Origin: a virus
Taxonomy: Duplodnaviria; Caudoviricetes
Virus record (IMG/VR): IMGVR_UViG_3300046060_000025
Coordinates: 1 to 48,894 of that record
Strand: one strand, 5' to 3'
Length of the DNA: 48,894 nt
Position numbers and translations under genes: made by a program. The first letter of the stretch is position 1, and the number at the start of each line of letters is the position of its first letter. Shown one piece after another: positions 1 to 8,520 of the stretch. Below the pieces are notes generated by a model. That model did not search any database and had not been told where the DNA came from. It saw only the letters and a program-made list of their open reading frames with translations.

Positions 1-83
1 GGACGGCCGAGGAGATCCGAGCAGCGTCCACTGTCGCGGCACTCCGCCAGATTCATGGTTCAGGCGCAGATGACGGACGACGA
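1..83. other. Probable assembly tip / fold-back chimera outside the circular genome
   Basis: 57-85 is the reverse complement of 48831-48859, giving a 20-bp-arm hairpin (57-76/84-103). 1-56 matches nothing else I noticed and holds the only GATC I found (14-17). Confidence 0.7.
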
Positions 84-138
84 CCGTCATCTGCGCCTGA
101 ACCTGCCAGTCGTGGACGGGCTTGAGGCCGCGGTAGTC
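84..138 (+). repeat. 55-bp terminal direct repeat, left copy (circular overlap)
   Basis: Identical to 48840-48894; the base before it differs (a vs t). 55 is a common de Bruijn k-mer size. Confidence 0.95.
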
Positions 139-537
139 TGCGTGGCGCTCGTGGTCGATGTAGTTGTCCTCGAGGACGTTCACGACCATCCCGGCGAGCT
201 GCGCGTAGCCGTCGTCGAAGCGCTCCATGAAGGCCTCCTTGCCCTGAATCTTCGAGGAGTTGTGGTGCTGGACCTCGTGGGAGACGGTATCGACCAGGAG
301 GCGGAGCGCGTGGGCGCCGGTCGCGCCGTAGACCTCGTACGGCGTGTCCGGGTTGACGCGGACGACCGGCGTGCCGTCCGGGTCCTCGTCCGCGTAGGCG
401 GTCTTACCGGTGTATTCGACCGTGACCGGGCCGTCGTCACCGGTGTAGTAGTTCTGTGCGAGGCTGGTGAGGAGCCGCTTCAATGCCTCGGAGCGGTCAA
501 GTGCGTCGACGGGCGTTGTGTCGAGCGTTTCGTTCAT
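84..537 (-). CDS. N-terminal part of a 356-aa HExxH metallopeptidase-like (CobT-N/vWA-associated) protein; continues across the circular join into 48839..48223
   Basis: Hand translation from ATG 537: MNETLDTTPVDAL...DTVSHEVQHHNSS...GMVVNVLEDNYIDHER...VQAQMTDDDRRPP, in frame with ORF 48223..48846. Absent from the ORF track because the frame runs off the window end. Conserved promoter directly upstream. Confidence 0.85.
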
Positions 538-592
538 CGTGGTCACCTGCTACACCCTCCAGTACGCACCGGCTACCTAAAAAGGTTTCCCT
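538..592 (-). promoter_or_regulatory. Conserved viral promoter/leader, copy 1
   Basis: GGAAACCTTTTTA-N24-GTAGCAGGTGACCACG-ATG; 543-588 is identical to 48089-48134 (46 bp). Confidence 0.85.
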
Positions 593-786
593 GGTGGTAA
601 TCTCCGGGGCTAATACCGCTAACGCAGTCGCCAGCGGTGAAAACGGGGCGTAGAACATCCGCCGAGCCGGCCGGTCGCCCCCGTGGTCGTAACCGAGGGG
701 GGGTATTACCCCATCAACGACCCGGCTACGCGGCCGTATTTCGTAAATAACCGTCGTATACACGGCTCAATCAGGGGGTAAGCGTG

Positions 787-820
787 CCGACTATCTACTT
801 CCTAGGAAGTAGATAGTCGG
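787..820. repeat. Perfect 34-bp palindrome in the divergent intergenic region
   Basis: CCGACTATCTACTTCCT|AGGAAGTAGATAGTCGG. Confidence 0.95.
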
Positions 821-1020
821 AACGGAGCACTGCGCGAGAGGCGGCGGGATAATATTAGGCGAATACCCTTGCCGCATAAGCAGCCCGAAGAATCCGTGGA
901 CTACTCGTAGCGCCGCGTTACCCCTATCCGAGCCGGGAATTAGTTTAGGGAAAACTACTTAGTGCCCGCCTGTGAAACGGTGGGTACCGCGGCGCACACA
1001 CCAACCGCCGCGGACGACCG

Positions 1021-2169
1021 ATGACACAACCGATGGACGCCTATACCTTCGCCGGGGTCGGAGGCGTATCCGGAGACGTCGCATACAGCGACTACCTCCG
1101 CACGCTCTACGGCGCCGAGAAGGCCGACACGGAGACGATGAAGGACACCGTGACCGTCCTTCAGGACGAGTATAGCATCGAGGCCCGGGCCGTCGCGTAC
1201 GACGACCCGACCGCGGCGGCCGACTGGACGCCGGCGCCGGACCACCAGGCGAACGTTAACCCGGCGACCGGCCGGCTCTGGTACATCCCGACGCGAGCGT
1301 ACACGCCGGTCACGCCGATGGACAAGTACGGACCGCTCCTCGCCCGGCTCCGCTCCCGCGACTACCACGAGGCGGTCAACGGCCAGTTCCGGCTGTACCG
1401 GGACGGCGGCGAGGTCCACGCCGACGTCTGGGTCCCGGACCTCCGCGCCGGGGACGACGACCAGCTCGTCCTCGGCCTCCAGACCGGCCACGACTACTTC
1501 GGCGGTAAGAGCCTCTACGCGGGCATCATCGCGTACGATACCGAGGCCGACCGCGTCATGCGCGGCCTCTCGGCGCAGCGGACCCGCCGGCACGTCGGGG
1601 CCGCCGGCGCGGCCGTCGCGGACTGGTGGGATACGGCCCTCAACCAGGCCGCGGCCGCCTGCGACACCCTCGCGGACGTCATCTACGACGCCCAGCAGTA
1701 CCATATCGACTTCGCCGAGGCACCGCTCACACCGGAGACGTACCTTACCCACGCCTTCGACGGGACGGCGTACCTCGCGGCGAACGACGGCGACGGGGAC
1801 GGGCGGACGGGCGGCGCGACGGCGTACCTCCCGGACGATACGACCTACTCCGCCTGGGAGTTATACGCCGCGATGGCGAGCGCCCTCACCCACGACTTCC
1901 ACGGAAAGGATGACAGCACGGCCATCCGGCGCTACGTGAAGCGGGCGAACAAGCAGTTGTTCGCGCCGGCGCGGATGGAGGACGACGTCCTCGACGCCCT
2001 CGCCGCGGACCTCCGCGGCCAGGAGGATTTAGACGGTGAGGCGGCCCTGGCGGCCATCGAGGACCGGCAGGCGGCACTCGGCGACGCCGTCGCACAGGCA
2101 CGGGATGACAAAGCGCGCCTCAAAACGCTAGTCCGGGAGGCCGAGCGCGCCGAGGAGGGGACGGCCTAA
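1021..2169 (+). CDS. Hypothetical protein, possibly DUF932-like
   Basis: 382-aa acidic ORF, first gene of the rightward operon. The Y-x-PV...GGEVHAD...LGLQTGHDYFG..SL...RRHVG layout recalls DUF932 (weak recognition). Confidence 0.6.
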   Translation: MTQPMDAYTFAGVGGVSGDVAYSDYLRTLYGAEKADTETMKDTVTVLQDEYSIEARAVAYDDPTAAADWTPAPDHQANVNPATGRLWYIPTRAYTPVTPMDKYGPLLARLRSRDYHEAVNGQFRLYRDGGEVHADVWVPDLRAGDDDQLVLGLQTGHDYFGGKSLYAGIIAYDTEADRVMRGLSAQRTRRHVGAAGAAVADWWDTALNQAAAACDTLADVIYDAQQYHIDFAEAPLTPETYLTHAFDGTAYLAANDGDGDGRTGGATAYLPDDTTYSAWELYAAMASALTHDFHGKDDSTAIRRYVKRANKQLFAPARMEDDVLDALAADLRGQEDLDGEAALAAIEDRQAALGDAVAQARDDKARLKTLVREAERAEEGTA

Positions 2170-2765
2170 TGGGGCACCGAGCCTCCGTCGCCTACCTGCG
2201 CGAGGACGGGACGGTCCAGGCGCACTACTCCCACTGGGGCGCGCTGGACCTCCGGCTCGCGTTCGGCGAGACGCCACTCTCCGCGGACCGGCCCTTCGGG
2301 TCCGATGACCCGACGCCCGAGTTCGCCGAGGCGCTATTCGACGCGCTCGCGGCGGGCGCCGAGGGGAGCGAGATGGCAGTCGCGTCCGGCGAGTCCGACG
2401 CTGAGGACGTCTCTACGAAGCCGTACTGGGAGGGCGAGGCCCTCTCGGCGTGGGCGGCACAGGACGGTATCGACTACCTGCACCACGAGGCGGCCTACGT
2501 CGTGGATACGCGACAGGACGAGTGGACGGTCCGGCCGTTCGATACCGTCTGGTGGGATGGCCCCGACCGGGGCGGCGACTACGGGACGCTCGTCGAGTGC
2601 GTTCACCCGGACGAGTGGGGCGACTACTCCGGCCTCCCCTACGGTGACGACTGGGCGGACTGCTCAAGCTTTGCGGCGTTCGTGGACCAGCTACGCGAGA
2701 CGCTGGCGAACCCGGGCCGGATTCCGGCGTTCGCTCCCGGCGGTACGGAGGGCGATGATGGCTGA
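2169..2765 (+). CDS. Conserved haloarchaeal hypothetical protein (DUF6735-like)
   Basis: N-terminus MGHRASVAY...HYSHWGA; TAATG coupling to the upstream gene. Confidence 0.65.
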   Translation: MGHRASVAYLREDGTVQAHYSHWGALDLRLAFGETPLSADRPFGSDDPTPEFAEALFDALAAGAEGSEMAVASGESDAEDVSTKPYWEGEALSAWAAQDGIDYLHHEAAYVVDTRQDEWTVRPFDTVWWDGPDRGGDYGTLVECVHPDEWGDYSGLPYGDDWADCSSFAAFVDQLRETLANPGRIPAFAPGGTEGDDG

Positions 2766-2988
2766 CGGGGCGGTCCTCTACGTCAACGACCCGCCGGACG
2801 GGATGAAGGCGCACCTGTTCCGCGAGGCGGCCGTCCGCGGCGTCACGCTCCACGCGGAGACGGCCGACGAACCCGCCACGTCCGTCTGCGGGACCGTCCG
2901 CTCCTACGGGCCGTTCGAGGCGGCGGACGTGGCCGCGGCGGACGTCTGCGGTAACTGCCTCAATAAGACGGAGGCCGGTGATGGGTAA
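2758..2988 (+). CDS. Small Cys/His (Zn-binding) hypothetical protein
   Basis: MADGAVLYV...KAHL...VCG...CGNC; the acidic C-terminal part of ORF 2305..2988, overlapping both neighbours. Confidence 0.65.
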   Translation: MADGAVLYVNDPPDGMKAHLFREAAVRGVTLHAETADEPATSVCGTVRSYGPFEAADVAAADVCGNCLNKTEAGDG

Positions 2989-3544
2989 GATACCGCCGGG
3001 GCTGGACTGGCCGGTGTGGGCGGAGCCGACACCGGACCGGGAGCGTGAGCGGGGGACGAAGTTCGATACCGGCCAGCCGCAGACCGAACGGCAGTTGCAG
3101 ACGGAAATGGACCGGATGGAGGTTTCGACCTACCACCTCGGGAAATCGACGGGCAGCGGCGGCTGGCCGGGCGTCGTCGCGCGCTGGCGGAAGCACGGCC
3201 AGGAGTACGCCGTCTGTTGCGACAAGTACCGGGCGCGTAGCGACAACCTCCGGGCCATCTACCTGTGGGTCCGGGAGACGCGGCTGGCGGGCGACCGCCC
3301 CGTCCGGACGGGGCAGGACCAGCTCGCGGCCGCGGCGCTCCCCGGGGAGACGGCCACGGCGGTCGGCGCGCGCGACGACGACCGGGAGCCGCACGAGGTC
3401 CTGGAGGTCGCCCCCGACGCCAGCGAGCCGGTCGTGACGGCGGCCTACCGGCAGAAGGCAAAGGACGCCCACGGCGATGCGGGCGGGTCGACGGCGGAGA
3501 TGAAGCGGTTAAACGCGGCGAAGGAGGCACTCTTGGATGAGTAA
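2981..3544 (+). CDS. Protein with a C-terminal J-domain (DnaJ-like), HPD changed to HGD
   Basis: PHEVLEVAPDASEPVVTAAYRQKAKDAHGDAGGSTAEMKRLNAAKEAL; the N-terminal PGVVARW...CCDKY...NLRAI segment is typical of viral J-domain proteins. Confidence 0.8.
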   Translation: MGKIPPGLDWPVWAEPTPDRERERGTKFDTGQPQTERQLQTEMDRMEVSTYHLGKSTGSGGWPGVVARWRKHGQEYAVCCDKYRARSDNLRAIYLWVRETRLAGDRPVRTGQDQLAAAALPGETATAVGARDDDREPHEVLEVAPDASEPVVTAAYRQKAKDAHGDAGGSTAEMKRLNAAKEALLDE

Positions 3545-3767
3545 CAGTCACTCGCAGGATAGTACCGAGCAGATTCGGGTCGCGGTCCCGACGGCCGATT
3601 CACACGGGGAGTGCTACCACGCTCCCGGCGGGCCGTGCGGGAGCCATCGGCTCCGGAACGTCGAAATGACGGTCGCGGCCCTCCGGGACGCCGGGCTATA
3701 CCCATGCATGAACTGCGTGAAGAAACACGGCTTACCGGCTCGGGACCGGGAGGGCAACGATGAGTGA
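3537..3767 (+). CDS. Small Zn-finger-like protein
   Basis: CYH...C...PCMNC; overlaps both neighbours. Confidence 0.65.
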   Translation: MSNSHSQDSTEQIRVAVPTADSHGECYHAPGGPCGSHRLRNVEMTVAALRDAGLYPCMNCVKKHGLPARDREGNDE

Positions 3768-3960
3768 GACGGGCGACTACCTCAGGCGGGCCGCGGACCT
3801 CGTAGACGAGGCGCGCATCGAGCTGGAACTGGCCCACGCGGCCGCGGCCGACGGCGAAGTCATCGAGATGGTCGAGCAGGCCGGCGAGGTCGCGGGGAAC
3901 CTGGAGACGACGCTCCAGCAGGTCGCCGAGAAGGCGGACCGGGAGGACGCGGATGAGTGA
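3760..3960 (+). CDS. Small helical hypothetical protein
   Basis: 66 aa, acidic, coupled to neighbours. Confidence 0.7.
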   Translation: MSETGDYLRRAADLVDEARIELELAHAAAADGEVIEMVEQAGEVAGNLETTLQQVAEKADREDADE

Positions 3961-4738
3961 CTACTACCCGGACCACGACGATAGCGTCCCGGCGCAGATT
4001 CTGCAAGCGCTGGCCGAACACCGGGAGGGCGCACCGTATACGGCCGCGGAGTTAGCCGGCCTTATCGAGGACGGCGAGCAGCCGGAGCGGGAGGTCACGA
4101 AGCTAGCGGCCTACCTGTATCAGAAACACGCCGTCGACCGACGGAAACGGGACGAGCCGATGAACCCCTACGAGTATTGGCTCGCTGGCCGCGGCCGGTA
4201 TATTGCCCAGCAGGAAGGGTGGCTACCGGCGCAGGACGATACCGGACTGCCGGACCCGGCCGCCCTCGCGGTCCAGGTCGGGACCGCCGAGGACGTCGAG
4301 GAGCCGGTCGTGGAGGACCTGGGGGGGTTGAACGCGGCGCTAGCCGGCATCGCCGACACACTCAGCCAGCACGACGACCTCCTGGAGACGTTAAAGGGCG
4401 ACGCGGTCATGGATGAGGAGTTAGCCCAGCTCCGCGAGGACGTGAACGACCAGCTCCGTAACTCCGTGCAGCGCGAGGTGCTGGAGGACGTCGAGGCGCT
4501 ACGGGAGCAGGTACACGCCCTCGGGGAAACCGTCCAGCAGCAGACGAACGGTGAGGCCGACGCCTACGCCCGCCCCATCCGCGAGTTACGCCGGCTGGAG
4601 GACGAGGGCTATCACGTTCACGAGGTCGAACGGAACGAGTCCTTCGCCGGCCGGGTCGTGGAGGTCCGAGTCCGGGCGGAGAAGGAAGGCGAGAAGGACC
4701 GCCGTATCGAGGAGCAGGAGGGCGCGGCCGATGGGTGA
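3953..4738 (+). CDS. Putative winged-helix plus coiled-coil protein
   Basis: N-terminal QILQAL..YTAAELA..LAAYLYQKHAVDRRKR..YEYWL, followed by a heptad-rich region. Confidence 0.65.
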   Translation: MSDYYPDHDDSVPAQILQALAEHREGAPYTAAELAGLIEDGEQPEREVTKLAAYLYQKHAVDRRKRDEPMNPYEYWLAGRGRYIAQQEGWLPAQDDTGLPDPAALAVQVGTAEDVEEPVVEDLGGLNAALAGIADTLSQHDDLLETLKGDAVMDEELAQLREDVNDQLRNSVQREVLEDVEALREQVHALGETVQQQTNGEADAYARPIRELRRLEDEGYHVHEVERNESFAGRVVEVRVRAEKEGEKDRRIEEQEGAADG

Positions 4739-5078
4739 CGGGGAGGACGTTACCCCCGGCGACCTCGCGGCGGACCGGGAGGACGACGGCACGCTCGTCG
4801 TGGTCGCGGCGACCGGCCGGGAGGCAGCCCACCATACGGTCGCCGCCGCCGGGGAGACGGTCGCGGCGCTCAACCCTACGTACCCCGCGGACTCGCCGGT
4901 CCTGTGCTGCGTCTACCGGACGCAGCTCGACGAGGTATTCGGCAGCCGGTGGCAGGACTGGCCACCGACGTACCTCGCGTACACCTGCGGTGACCGCGGC
5001 GTCCCGACCTACTCGTTCCCCCGGGCACGACTCGCCCAGCAGGCGCCGGGCGAGGACGACCGCGAGACGGCGGAGTAA
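4731..5078 (+). CDS. Hypothetical haloarchaeal protein
   Basis: ATG 4731 in ORF 4551..5078: PGDLAADRE...TVAALNPTYPAD...YSFPRARL. Confidence 0.7.
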   Translation: MGDGEDVTPGDLAADREDDGTLVVVAATGREAAHHTVAAAGETVAALNPTYPADSPVLCCVYRTQLDEVFGSRWQDWPPTYLAYTCGDRGVPTYSFPRARLAQQAPGEDDRETAE

Positions 5079-5097
5079 CGCCGCGCCTCAATATACG

Positions 5098-5415
5098 ATG
5101 AGCAAAACTACCGAGCGGACGACCGACGAACAGCCCACGACCGACATCGAGCCGGCCTGCCGCACGAGCCTCACGAGTACCGACTCCGAGTGGCACACGA
5201 AGGACGCCGCGGTCTATCCGCCCGGCTATCCCCGCCTCTGTGCGTCCCCGGACTGCTTCGGGCCGGCGTACGAGGCCCACGAGCAGGACGACGAGGGGAA
5301 ACTCCCGGGGTTCGACCACACGGACGCGGTAGACGTGTTCGTGCGCTCGACGCTATCGACCAGTACCAGCCTGCGGTTCCACCGCCCGGCCCCGGAGGTG
5401 GGTAACGGTGATTGA
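5098..5415 (+). CDS. Hypothetical protein
   Basis: ATG 5098 (MSKTTERTT...), acidic, CxxxxC. Confidence 0.6.
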   Translation: MSKTTERTTDEQPTTDIEPACRTSLTSTDSEWHTKDAAVYPPGYPRLCASPDCFGPAYEAHEQDDEGKLPGFDHTDAVDVFVRSTLSTSTSLRFHRPAPEVGNGD

Positions 5416-5674
5416 GTTACTTCAGGTAGTGACCGCCGCTCTAGGCGGAGCGGCGTTCGCCTCGGCGTTCTGGGCGTGGCGGCTATCGCCACCGTCCTCG
5501 CAGGTCGAGATAATGCAGGAGAACGTGGCGCTGACTATCCTCGCCAGCGAGGCGCTCTCGCGCCTCGATGAGGCCGAACGGCGCGGCCTTCGTACGGACG
5601 TGAACGAGGCGATGGTGGCGGCGTTCGGCGAGGATGCAGCCGTCGAGATTGAGCGAAGCCATGCCGACGCTTAG
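5408..5674 (+). CDS. Small membrane-anchored protein
   Basis: Hydrophobic N-terminal segment LLQVVTAALGGAAFASAFWAW. Confidence 0.65.
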   Translation: MIELLQVVTAALGGAAFASAFWAWRLSPPSSQVEIMQENVALTILASEALSRLDEAERRGLRTDVNEAMVAAFGEDAAVEIERSHADA

Positions 5675-5987
5675 ACCACTCCCCCCTATGCACCACCATA
5701 CCGAGTTCGATAGTCCGGCGGGCGCACTCGGCACGCTCCAGGCCGGCGAGTACGTGCGGTCGGACGTCGAGCCCGAGGACGCCGGCGTCCCGTGGATGGG
5801 TCGGCCGGTCCACCTCCACGGCGGCGACGTCTACTGCGATGCGTGCCGGGACCTCATCGACCCACGGACGCAGTTCACGACCGCCTGGGTGAACGTCCTG
5901 GCGCGGCAGAAAAAGGAGTACGGCGGGACGTGGTGTGAGGCCTGTTTCACCGCGGATGCGCACCTAAAAGAGGTGAGTGGAAGATGA
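5661..5987 (+). CDS. Zn-ribbon hypothetical protein
   Basis: CDAC...CEAC. Confidence 0.65.
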   Translation: MPTLRPLPPMHHHTEFDSPAGALGTLQAGEYVRSDVEPEDAGVPWMGRPVHLHGGDVYCDACRDLIDPRTQFTTAWVNVLARQKKEYGGTWCEACFTADAHLKEVSGR

Positions 5988-6406
5988 ACAAAAAAGAGGC
6001 GCAACGTATAGCAGATGAATTGAGTAAACTCGGGGCAGATGGACCTAACGACCACAGTTCACCGGGGTTTTACGATATATCCCCTGTGCGGAATGAGCGG
6101 GACCTAATAGGGCGCGAGGGGGCACACGTCTGGTGGCACGTCGAGGTGCAGTTATACGTGAGGTATTTAGATACGCCGAGACGTTGGCGAGACGAAATTA
6201 AGTGGAACCTACGGATTCCATTCCAGCTCATGGATTATGCCGTCCGCGCTGGCCTATCTGTTCAGGTTAGTAATATGAAAAATTCGGGAGAACGGGCCGT
6301 AGTAGAGCTGAATGATAGAGACGTAAAGGACGACCGAAAGAGGGTGGACGCTGTATCATATACTGCTAGATGGGTGGATACGGGAGGCAGCCCCGATGGT
6401 CCGTGA
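5984..6406 (+). CDS. Hypothetical protein, atypically AT-rich gene
   Basis: 140 aa; ATGA overlap; many A/T-ending codons. Confidence 0.7.
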   Translation: MNKKEAQRIADELSKLGADGPNDHSSPGFYDISPVRNERDLIGREGAHVWWHVEVQLYVRYLDTPRRWRDEIKWNLRIPFQLMDYAVRAGLSVQVSNMKNSGERAVVELNDRDVKDDRKRVDAVSYTARWVDTGGSPDGP

Positions 6407-6542
6407 CGCCCGGTACGTCTGCCCGGACCCACACTGCGGCGGGACGCTCCGCTCGACGGGCGAAAAGCGTCGGCGGTACGGCGGCCACCACGTCTCCATC
6501 TTCGTCTGTGGCGAGTGCGGCCGGGAGGTCGAGCGCGGATGA
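6396..6542 (+). CDS. 48-aa Zn-finger microprotein (missing from ORF track)
   Basis: MVRDARYVCPDPHCGGTLRSTGEKRRRYGGHHVSIFVCGECGREVERG*; its stop overlaps the next ATG (ATGA). Confidence 0.7.
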   Translation: MVRDARYVCPDPHCGGTLRSTGEKRRRYGGHHVSIFVCGECGREVERG

Positions 6543-6994
6543 CGGTGGATTTAACGGACTTCGGCGGTGGCGTCACACCGCCGGACGAACCACACATCCA
6601 GAAGCGGCAGAAGGTGCCGCACACCGTCGGCGAGAAACGTATCATCGCCGGGTGGGTTGGCCCCTGCCCCGAGCGCGACTGTCGGGCCTACGTCTCCGAA
6701 CGCGATAGCCACAAACACCGTATCCGTGCGCTGGACGCCTACGGCATCTCCACGGCCGTCCTCCGCCGCCTCCGCGAGTGGGGCGTCGGCCGGGTATTCG
6801 TCCTGGAGGATAGCCGCCGGGTCTACGAGTTCACGATGGCGGCCTGGACGGACGCGCCGGCGGTGCCGGACGAGTACCTCCTGCGGGCGGACGACCCACA
6901 GCGGTACATCGAGCGCTCGGCGGCCGGTTATACGTGGCAGCACGACGACGACTTCTACCTTCCCCGGGACGTAGACCTGGACATGGGAGACTGA
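6539..6994 (+). CDS. Hypothetical protein
   Basis: ATG 6539 (MTVDLTDFGGG...), coupled to the upstream gene. Confidence 0.7.
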   Translation: MTVDLTDFGGGVTPPDEPHIQKRQKVPHTVGEKRIIAGWVGPCPERDCRAYVSERDSHKHRIRALDAYGISTAVLRRLREWGVGRVFVLEDSRRVYEFTMAAWTDAPAVPDEYLLRADDPQRYIERSAAGYTWQHDDDFYLPRDVDLDMGD

Positions 6995-6996
6995 CC

Positions 6997-7659
6997 GTGG
7001 ACGATAGTGAACTGCGCGAGGCGCTGGACGGACTGTTCGACGTTCCGTACGAGATGGACGTCCTCCATACCGAGCGGCACGCGGCAGCGACGGCGGACGC
7101 CGTAGACACCGACCATGAAACGACCCTGAAGGTGACGGCCTACCCGGAGGCAACCACCGGCGCGCGAGCGGAGTTCGAGGCGGTCGCGGACGCCCTCGAC
7201 GGCCTCCGACTCCGGGAGTTCGGGACGCGGGAGTACCTCGGCGACGAAAAGGAGGCACACGGGACCTTCGTCCTCCAGGGAGCCGAACCCTGGCCGGACG
7301 GCGACCCACCCAGCGATACCACAGCGGCCGCTGAGCGCGCCGTAGCGGGCGAGGAGCCGGAGGGCCGGCGTAGGGGGCAGGGAGCCGTCGAAACCGGACA
7401 CGAGGCCACACGCCGGCTCTACAGGGAGGACGCCCCCGAGGCCACCACACACGTCCTGCGGGTCGGCGGGGGCGGGGCGGCCTGCGGGCACGAGCATGGC
7501 GGGACCGCGGTCGCGGCCATCGCCGAGCGGTACGAGAGCCTGCGTGAGTTCCTCTCGGACGACCGATGCTGCCGGGCGTGTGGCGCCATCCTCATCCGCC
7601 AGTTGAATCTGCCGCCCGGCCGGGTGCCGGGGCGGTTCCGGGAGGCCGCCGATGGGTGA
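6997..7659 (+). CDS. Hypothetical protein with a C-terminal Cys/His motif
   Basis: Probable GTG start; acidic; TH...ACG...CCRAC. Confidence 0.65.
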   Translation: MDDSELREALDGLFDVPYEMDVLHTERHAAATADAVDTDHETTLKVTAYPEATTGARAEFEAVADALDGLRLREFGTREYLGDEKEAHGTFVLQGAEPWPDGDPPSDTTAAAERAVAGEEPEGRRRGQGAVETGHEATRRLYREDAPEATTHVLRVGGGGAACGHEHGGTAVAAIAERYESLREFLSDDRCCRACGAILIRQLNLPPGRVPGRFREAADG

Positions 7660-8062
7660 CGCGACCGAGCGGGAGTTAGTCGAGCGGCTGGAGGCCGAGG
7701 GCTACGCCGCGATGCGGGCGCCCTCCTCGGGGAGCGCCACGACGCGGGACCTCCCGGACGTCCTCGCCGGCCAGCCGGCGCCGGGCGGCGACCGGCCGCG
7801 CTCCCGCGCCCTCGTGTTCGAGGAGAAGACGAGTTCAGGCGACCCTATCTACGTCAAGAAAGCCGAGGCCGACGCCCTCATCCGGTTCGCCGAGGCTTTC
7901 GGCGCCCGTCCCTACATCGCCGTCCGGTGGAAGGCTAACTCGTTCCGTGACACGACCATCTACGTCAGCCATCCACACGAGATGTGGGAGACGGAGCAGT
8001 TCTGGCGGGCGAAACGCGAGGACTGCGTGGACGGGTGGGCCGCCCTGCCGGCCGTCCTCTAG
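7652..8062 (+). CDS. hjc: Archaeal Holliday junction resolvase
   Basis: G..ERELV..LE..GYAAMRAPSSGS...PDVLAG...FEEK (PD-(D/E)xK), LIRFAEAFGARPYIAVRW. Confidence 0.9.
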   Translation: MGDATERELVERLEAEGYAAMRAPSSGSATTRDLPDVLAGQPAPGGDRPRSRALVFEEKTSSGDPIYVKKAEADALIRFAEAFGARPYIAVRWKANSFRDTTIYVSHPHEMWETEQFWRAKREDCVDGWAALPAVL

Positions 8063-8520
8063 TCGTCGTCCGCACCCCCGCCGGCCTGCGTGCCGCTCTC
8101 CGAACTCCAGGGACCGTCGGGGTCGCCCTGGCCGCCGCCGCGGTAGAAACCGGCCGGCGGTGGCGGCACGTCGTCCACGTCCTCGACGGTTCGGGGCATC
8201 CGCACGTCGTCGTGTTCCTCGGCCATGACCTCCAGGACCGCGTTCATCTTCTGGTCCAGCTTGTAGAGCTGGACGTGGGTCTGCCGGGTGTGCTGTTTCT
8301 GCCGGTCCGACAGTTCATCGAGCCGCTTCTGCGTGGTCTGGACGAACCCGTAATCCGTGTCGTCCCCGCGCGCCCCGAACAGCCGTTGTCTGAGGCCGTT
8401 GACGCGGCCGCGGTTCTGGAGTATCATCGTCCCGTAGGCGGTGAGGACGACGAGGACGATGCTCCCGAGCGTACCGATGATTTGCCAGGCCTCAACGACG
8501 GGCTGGACGGACTGGAGCAA
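8059..8520 (-). CDS. Single-TM coiled-coil protein, last gene of the late operon (holin-like candidate)
   Basis: TM WQIIGTLGSIVLVVLTAYGTMIL followed by a helical segment. Confidence 0.7.
   Translation of the reverse strand: MLQSVQPVVEAWQIIGTLGSIVLVVLTAYGTMILQNRGRVNGLRQRLFGARGDDTDYGFVQTTQKRLDELSDRQKQHTRQTHVQLYKLDQKMNAVLEVMAEEHDDVRMPRTVEDVDDVPPPPAGFYRGGGQGDPDGPWSSESGTQAGGGADDD

Noticed and set aside
57-103. Hairpin as a covalently closed telomere
   Set aside because: It is a fold-back of coding sequence that would break the gene, lies next to an exact 55-bp overlap, and no protelomerase was found.
55-600. Plus-strand 181-aa ORF
   Set aside because: Antisense shadow of the minus-strand HExxH gene; Val/Arg-rich and starts in the artefactual tip.
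497-763. Minus-strand 88-aa ORF
   Set aside because: Not acidic, and overlaps the conserved promoter and distal element.
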